NCBI GenBank assembly: GCA_000004695.1 | Contig: CM000151.3 | Location: 8,256,001 to 8,320,000 of the forward strand | Length of the DNA stretch: 64,000 nt | From: Dictyostelium discoideum | Lineage: Eukaryota | Direction: 5' to 3' | In this document: one piece after another, positions 39,204-51,381 of the stretch | How positions within the stretch are numbered: the first letter of the stretch is position 1 | Layout of the letters: each line of letters starts with the position of its first letter | The notes under the pieces: generated by a model | Databases searched by the model: none | What the model was told of the DNA's origin: nothing | Seen by the model: the letters and a program-made list of their open reading frames with translations, nothing else | Translations under genes and position numbers: made by a program

Positions 39204-42020
39204 ATGGGAACATTTAAAAAATTATTTTTAATTTTCTTTTTAATTATTATAAATATTTTATATTGTTATTGTGGTTGTGAATTTTCTAGTATCGGAGAAA
39301 ATAAAAAATATAATTTTACACCTGCATTCCCAGGGTAAGTAAAATATATATATATATTATCAAATAATTTTTATAAAAAATGAAATAATTAATAAAAAAA
39401 AAAAAAAAAAAAAAAAAATAGTGAATATATTTCAACTTCAGATGGTACAAATACAGTATTTTTAAATTTATGTACAACAAATCAAATTTCAAAATGTCCA
39501 ACTACAAGTGCTTGTATAAAAGATTCATCAAAAAATACAGATATAGGACAACAAGTTGGACCTGCAATTTTCCTACCAAAGGGAATATTACTTACATATA
39601 AATCACAAGCTTATCCAGAATGTGTTGGTCTTGGTGGTGTCGTTTCTACAAATTTTACAATTGAATGTAATTCAACAGATAATTCATTTACTTTGGATAA
39701 AATTCAACAATTTTCAATATGTAGTTATAGTATTAAATTTTTAACGAAATTAGCATGTGTATGTCCTGGTGATTGTTCATCACATGGTATATGTAATACC
39801 AATACTATTAAATGCGAATGTAATAGCTATGCAAGTGGTAGTTCATGTAATGAATTGAAAATGATAATATCAACAATATCCTCAACTACAATCTATGGTG
39901 GTGATGTCATGATTTCAGGTGACTTTTCAAATTTACCATTAGAAATTAAAAATAATTTAAAAATTAAAATTAATTGGGACGATTGTAAAAATGTGATAAA
40001 TATAAATAATAATACAATTCAATGTACAGCTGATAAAGGTTATAATGGTAATGGAATTGAAGTTGAGTTCTCAAGTGGACCTTTGTCAACTGTAATACCT
40101 GTGAATTTCAAATACATTGAAATACCATGTCCATTTAATTGCTCCTATCCAAATGGTGTATGTAATAAAATTCTAGGTACATGTACATGTAATCATAGTT
40201 GGATAAATGGTACTGGTTGTGAATTAATAAAAATTAAAACCCACTCAATTGAGCCAACAACTATAAATGGTGGTATAACTAATATCATTGGTGATTTCAC
40301 TATGATAATAAATAATGGTACAACAACATTTTTACCAAATAATTTAATAATTAAAATCGGTGATGATGATGATGATGACTCATCATTATGTCAAGATATT
40401 AAAATTTTAAATGACACAAATCTACAGTGTACTGTTTTACCTGGAAAACAAGGTAAAAAGAATTTAACCATTTCATCAGGACTTTCAATGGATTTTAATT
40501 ATCAATTATTTGAATACTTTAATAAGACTTGTTTATTTAATTGTTCATACCCTCATGGTGATTGTGATTTATTTACATCATATTGTAGTTGTGATAGTCA
40601 AACTAATGGCACAGGTTGTGAGAATTCTAAACTTGTAATAGAGTCAATAGATCCAACAGATGAACCAGGTGGTCTAACAAATGTTGTGGGATTCTTTGGT
40701 ATTCCCACATCGAATTTTTCTATTAAAATTGGTGATTTATTATGTAACAATTTATTAATAATAAATCAAAGTTTAATTCAATGTGTTGTACCACCTGGAA
40801 AAGGATTTAAAAATGTTTTTATATCAGATAGAGATTTATCATTCAATGGTGAATTAATGTTTAGATATTTTCAACCAATTGTTACAAATGCTCCTAAACA
40901 ATGTACAAATTGTGGTGCATTAAATCAAGGTTATTGTGCTTCTCAAGGTTGTATTTGTCATCCACCTTGGATGGGTGTTGATTGTCAATCTCAATATATA
41001 ATAATACCACAACCACCAAAAAATTCAACTAGTCCATCTGTAGAAATTCCAACATTTTCAAAACCAAATTCTACCAATGGTGGTGGTGGTAGTACAACAA
41101 GTACAGATATTGATGAAAATGAAAATATTGAAAAAAATGTTTTTAAATCGTTAATTGCAATTATTAAATTAAGTGAATTAGATTTTCAATCAAATGAAAT
41201 TAAATCATTTACATTTAGTGAATGGATTTATAAAGAACTAACACCATCAAAGTATCAATATAATACAACAATTAAAGTACCAACTACAAATGATGGAGGA
41301 GGAGGAGTATCACCATCATCATCGTCATCATCACTAAATGAAAGTGAAACTAATATTTCAGTAACATTAGAATGGTTTGAAAGTTTAACAAATATTACAT
41401 TTGCAAATGAAAATTTAATAATGAATCCATCATCAATTAAATATACAATTGAAATTTCAAAATATAAATTCTCAAGTAAACTTAATCAACTTCAATTAGT
41501 AATGATGGCAGAACTATCATCTAATAAAACTAAAGATCTTTGCTCAAATAATGAATTTGGTGAGACTTCAAGTGGAGATAATTCAAATTACATTAAAATT
41601 CAAGTTGACAATCATTCCCTCTATGGTAGATTCATAAAGAGAGCAATAATAGACTCAGTGCCAAGAGCAATTGGTAATGTACAATTGGATGAAACTATGA
41701 GACCACTTAAAAACGCATCGTCATCACAATCATATATTGGTATAGTTGTACCGTATTTTGAAAAATCAATTATAATTGATCCTGATTTCTCTGTATTAAT
41801 AGATAGTAGTAAACTTGAATCAAATTCAAATTCAAATTCAATTTGTCTTATTCAAGATCAATTAATATCTGGTTTAACAAAATCACAAATCGCTGGTATC
41901 ATCATTGGTTCAATTGCTTTCCTATGTTCAATAACTGCAATGGTAATTTATTCAATTCATAAATCAAATAAAGATAAATCTTTATTTTCAAAAATTACAT
42001 TAAGAAATTTAAATAAATAA
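39204..42020 (+). CDS. EGF-like + IPT/TIG repeat type I transmembrane protein (Tgr-like adhesion-type glycoprotein); exons 39204..39334 and 39422..42020
   Basis: Signal-peptide mini-exon (MGTFKKLFLIFFLIIINILYCYCGC..) ends GG|GTAAGT. Acceptor AAAATAG|T (phase 2) joins to ORF 39693..42020. Alternating tenascin-type EGF modules (CPGDCSSHGICN..C.C, CPFNCSYPNGVC, CLFNCSYPHGDC, CTNCGALNQGYC) and Ig-like IPT modules. C-terminal TM (AGIIIGSIAFLCSITAMVIY). Confidence 0.75.
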
Positions 42021-42046
42021 TTAATTAATTTTAAAATAAAATAAAA

Positions 42047-42102
42047 TTTATATTTATATTTATATTTATATTTATATTTATATTTATATTTATATTTATA
42101 TG
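42047..42102. repeat. (TATTTA)n microsatellite followed by a short GC-rich tag (CCCCCACCTCCAGCCAGG)
   Basis: Read directly in the sequence. Lies between the convergent 3' ends of two genes. Confidence 0.8.
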
Positions 42103-42218
42103 TACCCCCACCTCCAGCCAGGATTTTTGGATTTTTTTTTTTTTTTTTTTTTTTGAGTTTTTCTATACAAATTTTACATTAAAAATAGTTTATTTTTTTT
42201 TTTTTTTTTTTTTTTTTT

Positions 42219-42580
42219 TCATTCATCTTTTGAATTATTATTATTATTATGAATTTGATCAAAAACACCTTGCCAAGCAAGAATTAAACCAAGGGAAACC
42301 GCTATCATTAATAATACAACAATTGTAGTTATAATTATTTTATTTTTTTTATTTTTTATAAATGATTTTTGAATTAATGAAATTTTAATTGAATCTTCAT
42401 AATTATTATTATTAAAATCTTCTTCATCATCACTTTGATTATTTTGCCTTATATATCTTTGTTCTTGAATATAGTAATCTTCATCTTTATCAATTATATA
42501 TTGATTTTGATAACCAATATCTTCTAATGATTCTGAAAATGAAACATATTTAAAATTATTATTATTAATATTATTATTTA

Positions 42581-42629
<49 letters not shown>

Positions 42630-42683
42630 TAAATTATTATTATTAATATTATATGATAATGGTTTTTCTTTTAAATTATCCAT
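42219..42683 (-). CDS. hypothetical tail-anchored membrane protein (154 aa) with an Asn tract
   Basis: Intact ORF. Single C-terminal TM (IIITTIVVLLMIAVSLGLILAW). Acidic middle region. Confidence 0.45.
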
Positions 42684-43058
42684 AACATATTATTATTTAT
42701 TATTATTATTTATTGGGGTTGTTCAATTCGTTTGGATTATTTAAAAAAAAAAAAAAAAAGGTCGAATTTCGTGGTTAATTTTTTTTTTTTTTTTGTTTTT
42801 TAAAAGTGCCTTTTCATAAAAAAAAAAAAAAAAAAAAGTTCTGTTTTTGATCAAAAATAAAAAAAAATAAAAAATTAAAATAAAAAAAAAATAAAATCAT
42901 GTGACGTGCAACGTTGTTGGGGTTTTTTTTTTTGTTTTTTTTCAAATAAATATTTTATTATTATATTTTTATTAAAAAAAATATAATTTATTATTATTAC
43001 TAATTATTAATTATTATTAATTATTAATTATTATTAATTATTAATTATTATTAATTAT

Positions 43059-43469
43059 TTAATTTTTTCCAAAATAAATAACTAAAACTACAATACAAAT
43101 AACTAAAGATATAATTGTTGAAATGATCCTAAATTTAGTTCTTCTTGATAATCCTCCATTTACACCTTGATTGCTAACTGAATGTCGTGAATTACTACTA
43201 GTTGTAGTTGTTGTTGTGGTGGTGGTGGTGTTGTTATTTCTATATACATTTGAGTTGTTATTATTTCTATAATTATTTCTAGAATTATTATTATTATTAA
43301 TATTTACAGAAGGATCTCTAAATGGTAATTCTTCATTTGCATAATTTATATTATCAGAAGGTTTTTCTAAAGAGATTGTCGTTGAAATTGTATCATTTCC
43401 AGTGGCTGGATATGAGAAATTATTTTGATTATTTTGAACTATACTAGAATTAAAATCAATTGAAACCAT
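43059..43469 (-). CDS. hypothetical tail-anchored membrane protein; the frame stays open upstream to 43688 and may belong with the MGNGA ORF at 43682..43852
   Basis: ORF MVSIDF..RRTKFRIISTIISLVICIVVLVIYFGKN*. Upstream in the same frame a Pro/Ser-rich segment (..TSPIQSSPLPPPTAPPLSSPIPSAPPPSSPT..) has no ATG of its own. Confidence 0.4.
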   Translation of the reverse strand: MVSIDFNSSIVQNNQNNFSYPATGNDTISTTISLEKPSDNINYANEELPFRDPSVNINNNNNSRNNYRNNNNSNVYRNNNTTTTTTTTTTSSNSRHSVSNQGVNGGLSRRTKFRIISTIISLVICIVVLVIYFGKN

Positions 43470-43681
43470 TCCATTATTATCATTATTATTATTATCTTCT
43501 TCACTTATATATTGATTTGGAACACTAACAAATGGTAATTCTGATTCTATATTTAAGGTTGGTGATGATGGTGGTGGAGCTGATGGAATTGGTGATGATA
43601 GTGGTGGTGCTGTTGGTGGTGGTAATGGTGATGATTGTATTGGTGAAGTTATTATGGTTATACAACAACCTCTATACCTGT

Positions 43682-43852
43682 TTATGGATCAAATGCTCGT
43701 ATATTTATAATTGTAATTGTATTTGTATTTGTTGGGCTGGTGGTTGTTGTCGTAGTAGTCGTTGTAGTAGTTGTGGAAGGAGAATAAGGTGGAGAAATAT
43801 GAGGAGGTATTGGCGAACTATCCTTTGTAAAATGATTTGCACCATTGCCCAT
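43682..43852 (-). CDS. short ORF with N-myristoylation-like start ([44 protein letters not shown]..), possibly the frameshifted or mis-assembled 5' part of the downstream tail-anchored gene
   Basis: 56-aa ORF ending TAA at 43682-43684. Same Pro/Ser/Thr-rich composition as the open frame immediately downstream in the +1 frame. The two overlap by ~7 nt. Confidence 0.3.
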
Positions 43853-43865
43853 TTTTTTATTTTAA

Positions 43866-43903
<38 letters not shown>

Positions 43904-44982
43904 TATTATTATTAAATATTTTAATATTAATTTTAATTGGATATTATAAAATTTTACTATAAACCCAAATTATATTTAAATTTTTTTATTTTAATTTTAA
44001 TTTTAATTTTAATTGGATATTATGATATTTTACTATAAACCCAAATTGTTATTTTTGTTTATTATTGTTTAAAAAATAAAAAGAATTTTATTTCTGTTGT
44101 GTTTTAATTTTAATTTTATTTTTTTAAATTTCTTCTGTTGTTTTAATTTTAATTTTTTGTTTTTTTTTTTTTTTTGTTTTTTTTTATTTTTATTATTTTT
44201 TTTTTTATATTTTTGTTTTATTTTTATTTTTATTTTAATTTATTTTTTTTTTTTTTTTTTTTAATATATACACAAATAAAAACGAAACAAAAATAAAATA
44301 TAATTAAAAAAAAAAAATAAAATAAAAAAAAAAGAAAACTTTTTATATTAAAAAATAAAAAATAAAAAATAAAATAAAAAAAAAAAAGAAAAAAAAATAA
44401 ATTAAAAAACGGCCACTTCGTAAATTTCTTATTTTAACATGAAATCGTGATACTGGCAATATGAAAAAAAAAATAAAAAAAAAATAAAAAAAAAAAAAAA
44501 GAAAATAATTAAAAAAAAAAAAAAAGATCAAAAAAGAAAAAAAAAGAACCAAACCCCCGTGGCATGGAATAACATTAGGTTTTCACACTTTTAGTAATAA
44601 GAAATCAATTCAATAATAGTAACCCCAATTCCATGGAAAAAAAAAAATAATAAAATAAAAAAAAAAAAAAAATTACACACATACTAATTTAATTAAAAAC
44701 AATCAGAATTCTAATTCTTTGTCTCAAATCATTATTTCATTGAATTAATTAATTAATTTTAACCCATATCTATTCAAAATTTTTATTTTTTATTTTATTT
44801 CTTTATAAAATAAAAAAAAAAAAAAAAAAAATTAAAAAATAAAAAAAAAAAAAAAAAAAAAAAAAAGGAATTTATTTTTTATTTTTTTTTTTTTTTTCAT
44901 TTGATTAATTAAAGAAACGAACTTTTTTTTTCATTATTCAAAAACTTGTACATAATAATCAAATCCTACCTAAACTTCACTG

Positions 44983-45114
<132 letters not shown>

Positions 45115-45217
45115 TATGAACACACATTCTCTCACATAAATATACACTCATTCATTTCCCTTAAAAATAAATACACAATATCACATACACACACATACAA
45201 ACCATATATAATATAAA

Positions 45218-46591
45218 ATGAGTGAACCACCACAACCACCAGGTAAACCAAGTGCAAATGCACCAAAACCGGCACCAAGATTAAAATCAATTAAACCAAC
45301 AACACCAGGTGATGCAAATAAAATTACAACACCAACTATACCATCTATAAAAACTAAAAAAGAATTTAAACCAAATATTCCAACTGCAAGAAAAAAGAAA
45401 GAGTAAACATATGTTATAAATTATTATTATTATTTTTTTTATTTTTTACTAACTTGAAAAAAAAAAAAAAAAAAAAAAAAAAGTGAAAAAGATCCATTAT
45501 CAGGCGCAATTTCGGATTTAATTAGTGCATCATTATCACCATTAGCAGTAGTTGGAGATAGACCAGGAAAACCAAATGCAACATCAAGTGGTAAATTTAG
45601 ATCAAATTTAAATCCAAATAGAAAGAAACCAGCAGCAATACCAATTACAAATTTATTTCAAACACCATTAGTACAGGCGGAAACTCAACAACCTCAATCA
45701 ACCTATGAGATGAATAAGAAAAATGAGAAAAAAGATTCAGATCTTTTAGCACAACTATTTCATGAAATGGAAGTTGACCCAATGCAACCATTTCATCCAA
45801 CACATTTACCATTGGTTGATCCTAGAAAAATTATGAAAGCCTATTCATTGGATGATGCATCAAAAGATTTAAATGAAACTAAACGTGAATTGGAAGAGAA
45901 AATTAAAAATGGTGAATTATCAGATACTACAAACTTTACATTAAATTCAATTGGTTCTGAAGATAATAATAATAATGGCGGTGGTAGTGGTCAAGTTAAG
46001 TTTGTGGAATCTTCAAAAAAAAAGAATAAAGAAATTTCTACTAAAGATAAACCATTCTATGTTGAGGATCAATTTTTAAATAAAGATAAATTGTTTTTCA
46101 TTCAATTACCAAATTTGTTACCTTCAACTCAATCGAAACCAAATTTCAATATACCAAATCCAGTTTTACCACCACCAAAACCAACAACAATTACAAAAAC
46201 TGTTACAAATCCTGATGGTTCAATTACAACTACTACTATACCAATTAATGAAAATACAAAAATTGAAGATCAGCCACCACCACCACCAAAGGAATTAGAT
46301 GAGAAAGCATTCGTACCTGTGATTTATCCTGGTGATTTCCCACCATCAATAAAGGAGATGCCATCTGGTAAATTGGGTACTCTTAAAATTTATAAATCTG
46401 GTAAAAGTATTTTAAAGATTGGTACTGTTGAATATGATATTTCATCTGGTGATAAATTAAAATTTTTAGAAGAAGTTCAATGTTTTCAAACAAAAGGTGG
46501 TCCTGATAATTCACCAACTTGTTATACACTTGGTATACCAAGTCAACATTTAGTTGCTGCTCCAATCATTAGTCAAATTAGTGGTATTTAA
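45218..46591 (+). CDS. DNA-directed RNA polymerase III subunit RPC4 (Rpc53/POLR3D family); exons 45218..45402 and 45484..46591
   Basis: Exon 1 ends GA|GTAAAC. The 81-bp intron contains TACTAAC. Acceptor AAAAAG|T (phase 2) joins to ORF 45710... C-terminal signature SGKLGTLKIYKSGKSILKIGTVEYDISSGDKLKFLEEVQ matches RPC4 (G.GKL...KSGK..L.LG....DV..G....FLQ). Confidence 0.8.
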
Positions 46592-46903
46592 ATAATAATA
46601 AAAAAAATAAATAAAAAAATAATAAAAAAAAGAATAAAAAAAAAGAATTCAAAAATAAAAAAGGAAATCTAATAATCAATGATTATTAAATTTTTCAGAA
46701 TTTCGTATAAAAATTATACGCTTTTGGCTTTTAAAAAATCTTTTTTTTTTTAATTTTTTTTTTTTTTTTTTTTTCAATTTTTATTTATTTTTCATTTTTT
46801 TTTTTTTTTTTTTTTTTTAAGGTGTGTTGTGTTTTTATTTTTTAATTTTTTTTTAATTTTTTTTTTTTTTTTTTGTATTGAATTATTATATAAAATTTTT
46901 AAA

Positions 46904-47591
46904 ATGTTAAAGAAATTTTTAATTTCAAGTATTGTTAAACCAACATTTCAAAGTAGAATTATAGCATCAACAACATTAAATGGTGGTGCAGGTAGAGCAA
47001 CATTTTGTTCAGTTAATAGTATTAATCCAAATCCAACAGCAAGTCAAATTAAAGTTGATCAAGAAGATTTAGAAGTTGGTGAACATCTTGTTATTGATGA
47101 TCCAAATCAACAACATATTAAATCATTTTTAAATGGTGTTGAATTTAATGGTAAATCAGTAAACATCTATAGACCATCAAGAAATACAATGCAAACTGGT
47201 ACACTTCGTACAAAGAAATGGGTCATTGAATTACCTTTTAATCCAAAATGGAATGATCGTTTAATGGGTTGGTGGGCTTCAAAAGATACTCTTAATCAAT
47301 TAAATTTAAGATTTAATTCTGAAACTGATGCTGTTGCATATTGTAAAGAAATTGGTGTGTATTTTAAATTTAAATTTAATTTAATTGTTAATTTAATTTA
47401 ATTGTTAATTTAATTTAATTGTTTATTAATTTATTAATTAATTATTATGATTTTAAATTGAAATTATAGGTTTAAATTATAATATTGTCGAAGAAGATGT
47501 CACATTAAGAAAGAAGAAGAAATATGGTCACAGATTCAGATATAGAGGTGATTTAGTAGGTGAAAAAGAAAGAGAAGTTGGTATTAATTAA
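46904..47591 (+). CDS. ndufs4: NADH dehydrogenase (ubiquinone) Fe-S protein 4, 18 kDa subunit (NDUFS4), mitochondrial precursor; exons 46904..47354 and 47470..47591
   Basis: MLKKFLISSIVKPTFQSRIIASTT presequence. ..NIYRPSRNTMQTGTLRTKKWVIELPFNPKWNDRLMGWWASKDTLNQLNLRFNSETDAVAYCKEIG| then donor GTGTGT and acceptor TTATAG| (phase 1), then GLNYNIVEEDVTLRKKKKYGHRFRYRGDLVGEKEREVGIN*. The upstream ATG at 46829 reads only poly-T and is probably not the start. Confidence 0.85.
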
Positions 47592-47966
47592 AAATGTTTA
47601 CAACACTTTTAAAAATTTAATAATATAATAATATAATAAATAATAATAAATAATAATATTGTGGTAGATTGGAGCCATTATTATTATTTTCAAAGAAAAA
47701 AAAAAAAAAAAAAAAAAAAGTAAAATAAAAAGTAATAAAAAAAAATAAAAAAAAAAGTATAAAATAATAAAAGTATACAGTACATTATAATCGATTAAAA
47801 AATTATTATCGTTATTTCATCAAAGTTTTTTTATTTATTTTAATTTTAGTGTGTTTATTTTATTTTTTAGAGTTGGATAACTTCCACAATTACTTTTTAT
47901 TTTGTAAAAGGGTTAATATTTGTATTATTAGTTGGGAGGGAATGAAAAAAAAAAAAAAAAAAAATA

Positions 47967-48010
47967 CAGTTGACGGGGGGTTTCTTAGAAGAATTGCTGT
48001 AAGGTCAACT
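47967..48010 (-). ncRNA. Class I non-coding RNA gene (Dictyostelium-specific family), copy 1
   Basis: Minus strand reads 5'-AGTTGACCTTACAGCAATTCTTCTAAGAAACCCCCCGTCAACTGT-3'. The 5' GTTGAC + CCTTACAGCAA 11-nt motif is conserved. The 3' GTCAAC can pair with the 5' end as a terminal stem. An oligo-T run follows. Confidence 0.6.
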
Positions 48011-48122
48011 TAATTATGTGGTAAATGTATTTTTTTTTTTTCACATTTAAAAAAAAGGATTATTAATAAATTATTTAAGAATTTTTAAACAAAAAATAAT
48101 TTTGTGGAATAACTGATCTCTG

Positions 48123-48164
<42 letters not shown>

Positions 48165-48315
48165 ATGTTTGGGTCTATTAAAAAAAAATTTTTTTTTTGT
48201 TGGTTTATTTATGTTTAGCCATTAATGGCAATATATCTTTTTTTTATTTTTTTTTTTATTTTTTTTGTTTTTTTTTCACCCATAATCAGAAAAAAAAAAA
48301 AAATAAAATAATAGA

Positions 48316-48369
48316 CAGTTGACAGGGGGTTTTCTTTTTATGTAGAGAATGAATTGCTGTAAGGTCAAC
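48316..48369 (-). ncRNA. Class I non-coding RNA gene, copy 2 (tandem, same orientation, ~360 bp from copy 1)
   Basis: Minus strand reads 5'-AGTTGACCTTACAGCAATTCATTCTCTACATAAAAAGAAAACCCCCTGTCAACTGTC-3'. Same conserved 5' motif and terminal stem. Confidence 0.6.
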
Positions 48370-48453
48370 TTAATTGTTTTATGATTACTTTTCACATTTT
48401 CTCATTTAATTTAAAAATAATATATTTCCCAATTTTATAAATAAAAAAAAAAT

Positions 48454-48461
48454 TTGTGGGA
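48454..48461 (-). promoter_or_regulatory. DUSE-like upstream element (TCCCACAA) ~85 bp upstream of Class I RNA copy 2
   Basis: Plus strand TTGTGGGA, which is TCCCACAA on the RNA strand and matches [AT]CCCA[CT]AA. A similar one-mismatch element (TTCCACAA, plus 48102-48109) sits ~92 bp upstream of copy 1. Confidence 0.4.
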
Positions 48462-48769
48462 TAAATAATAATAAAACAACCAAGTTCCATTCTTATAAAA
48501 TTACCAAATATTCAAGTTTTGCAAACTTTTTTTTTTTTTTTTATTCAATGGCTTTTTTTTTTTTATTACTTTTTTTATTATTACTTTTTTTTATTGATTA
48601 ATTATTTTTTTTTATTTTATTTTAATTTTATTTTTATTTTTTATTTTTTATTTAAAGAATTCTTTTTTAAAGTCATCGATTTTGGTATTGAAAAATGGAA
48701 ATAAAAAAAAATATAAAAAAAAAAATAAATATAAATGTACTAATGCCTTGAATTTAAAGTGAAATCCTA

Positions 48770-48800
<31 letters not shown>

Positions 48801-49620
48801 GAATTTAATATATTTTTTTTATAAAAAAAAAAAAACCAAATTCACTGTAAAAAAATTAAATCAGAATATATCTCAATTTTTTGATCAATCAAATAAAAAA
48901 TATATAAAAAAGAAATAAAGTTAAAACACAATCTTAACTAAATTTGCTGATTTTGGAAATGTGTGTAGATTCCACAAATTTTTTAAAAAAAATGAATAAA
49001 AAAAATGAAAAATTAAAAAAACTATGTAAAAAATTTAGTGACTTTTTACATAACTTTTTTTTTTTGTGGCCAACCGAATGTTTTTTTTTTTTTAAAAAAT
49101 TTTCAGTTTCGCTAACACTCAACAAAATAATTTTTATGACTTTTTTGAGGTCTTTTTTCAATCGTAATCAATAAAATGGTAATATCACATTAAATTTTAT
49201 ATGTAGAAATATACATACAAAGAAAAAAAAAAAAAAATAAAAAAAAAAATAAAATAAAATAATTGTTTATTTTATTCTCTTCTCTAAATATTTGCAATGA
49301 ATAATTACTTTGAAAAAAAAAAAATAATAATAATAATAAAATAAATAAATAAATAAAAAATAAATAAATAAAAAAAATAATAAAAAGTTGGAAAAAAAAA
49401 TAAATTAAGAAATCATTTATAGAAAATTAGCACAGATAAACAGCATTAGAAAAAAAAAAAAAAAAAAAAAAAAAAATGATAAAGGAAATATTATAAAAAA
49501 AAATAAAAAAAAAAAAGACAACCAAAACGAAGAAAAAAAAAAATACGAAAAAAAAAAAAAGTTTAAAATTTTCAATTTTTTTTTTTTTTTCATTTATCGA
49601 ATTTTTCTCAACAAATAGAA

Positions 49621-50165
49621 ATGGTACAGTAGTAGTATTAGTAGGAGATTTTAGTTATTCATTGCAATTTAGATAAGAGGAAAAATAAAAAAAAGAGAGA
49701 GATAATTTTTTTTTTTTTAATCTTTAGTGTATTTTTTAAAAAATTACTGTAAAAAAAAGATCACATTATTAATTGTAATAATAATTTTTTTTTTATATCA
49801 ATAAATAATTAGGCTAAAGAACGTGGTGATTTATTATTCCCAAGCATCGAATCCGAAAAACGTAAACATAAATTAAAGAGATTGGTCCAAGCACCAAACT
49901 CCTTCTTTATGGATATCAACTGTCACGGTTGTAGAACCATCACTACCGTTTTCTCACACGTAAGTTTTCTTGAAATAATAATAAAAAAATAATACTAAGA
50001 ACTTTGAAACTAATATATAATTTTTTTATTTTATTTTTTTAAATTACACTATAATAGGCCCAAAACGTTGTCATTTGCAGTTCATGTTCAACTGTTATTG
50101 CTCAACCAACTGGTGGTCGTGCTAGAATCACTGCCGGTTGTCGTTTAAGACAAAAATCCGACTAA
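49621..50165 (+). CDS. rps27: 40S ribosomal protein S27 (eS27); exons 49621..49623, 49813..49959, 50058..50165
   Basis: ATG-only exon 1 (ATG|GTACAG). Exon 2 gives [49 protein letters not shown]|GTAAGT. Exon 3 gives [35 protein letters not shown]. Colinear with human RPS27 including the C4 zinc-finger cysteines. Confidence 0.75.
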
Positions 50166-50698
50166 GGTTACCGTCCAATCGCACCAACGCTTTCAATTTT
50201 TTTTTTAATAGAAAATAAACAATAAAAAAAAATGCTATGTGCAGAGTAATAATATAATATGTATATAGAATTTTATATATAAACTTTTTATTTTTTATTT
50301 TTTTTTTGCTTTTTATTTTTTTATTTTATTTTATTTCATTATGTTTTTATTTATTTATATACCAAACCAAGGATCCTATATATATAATTTGAACTTTTTT
50401 TTTTTCTTTATATAAGGGAGAGAGAGGTTTTTGTGTTTTTTTTTTCAATTTTAATAAAATTTTATTTTGGTAATATTAAAAAAGTTAGATTATTAATAAT
50501 AAAACAATATAATACAAATAATAAACAATTAAATAATACTTTTTTTTATTTTTTTATTTTTTTTATTTTTTTATTTTCATTTTTTTTTCGTTTTTTTTTT
50601 TTTTCTTTTTAGCGAATCTGTGAAAATTTTTTTTTTTGATTAATTTTTCATATCTATTATTTTTTTATTATTATTTTTTTTTTTTTTTTGAATGAAGA

Positions 50699-50884
50699 AT
50701 GAACACAATTCCAAAATTAAAAAATGCAACTAAAACTATTTTATTATCAAATAGTTTTAAACTTTATGATAATAGTATAATCACTAGTTATCATTCAAAT
50801 ATAACACAAAATTATCAAAAATCTTATTTTGGCAATTATAGAAAGATTAATAATAATAATAATAATAATAATAGTAATAATCAT

Positions 50885-50948
<64 letters not shown>

Positions 50949-50991
50949 GTAATAGTAATAATAATAATAATAATAATAAATATAATAATAA

Positions 50992-51090
<99 letters not shown>

Positions 51091-51291
51091 TAATAATAAT
51101 AATAAAATTAGTTATGAATCTTCACTTTCAAGAAAACAGGTTTTCTTAGAAGAAATAGATCAAGAATTAAGAAAAAAAATTTTTTCAGAAAAGATGGAAT
51201 TGACAACACCAAAGAATTTAATTAAAGTTGTAAAACATTTAGATATTGTATTAAATATAATTAATAATGGTGAACATTCCTTTGATAAGTA

Positions 51292-51381
<90 letters not shown>

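Noticed and set aside
42047-42102. CRISPR-like or telomere-like array
   Set aside because: It is a simple (TATTTA)n microsatellite with no spacers. No cas genes are present, and the genome is eukaryotic.
46829-46903. Upstream ATG extension of the ndufs4 ORF (MFLFFNFFLIFFFFFCIELLYKIFK)
   Set aside because: It is a translation of a T-run. The mitochondrial presequence begins at the ATG at 46904 (MLKKFLISS..).
48934-49174. Overlapping ORFs on both strands (48934..49161 minus, 48944..49174 plus)
   Set aside because: They are caused by a short inverted repeat (ATGTAAAAAA..TTTTTACAT) in A/T-rich spacer and show no coding signature.
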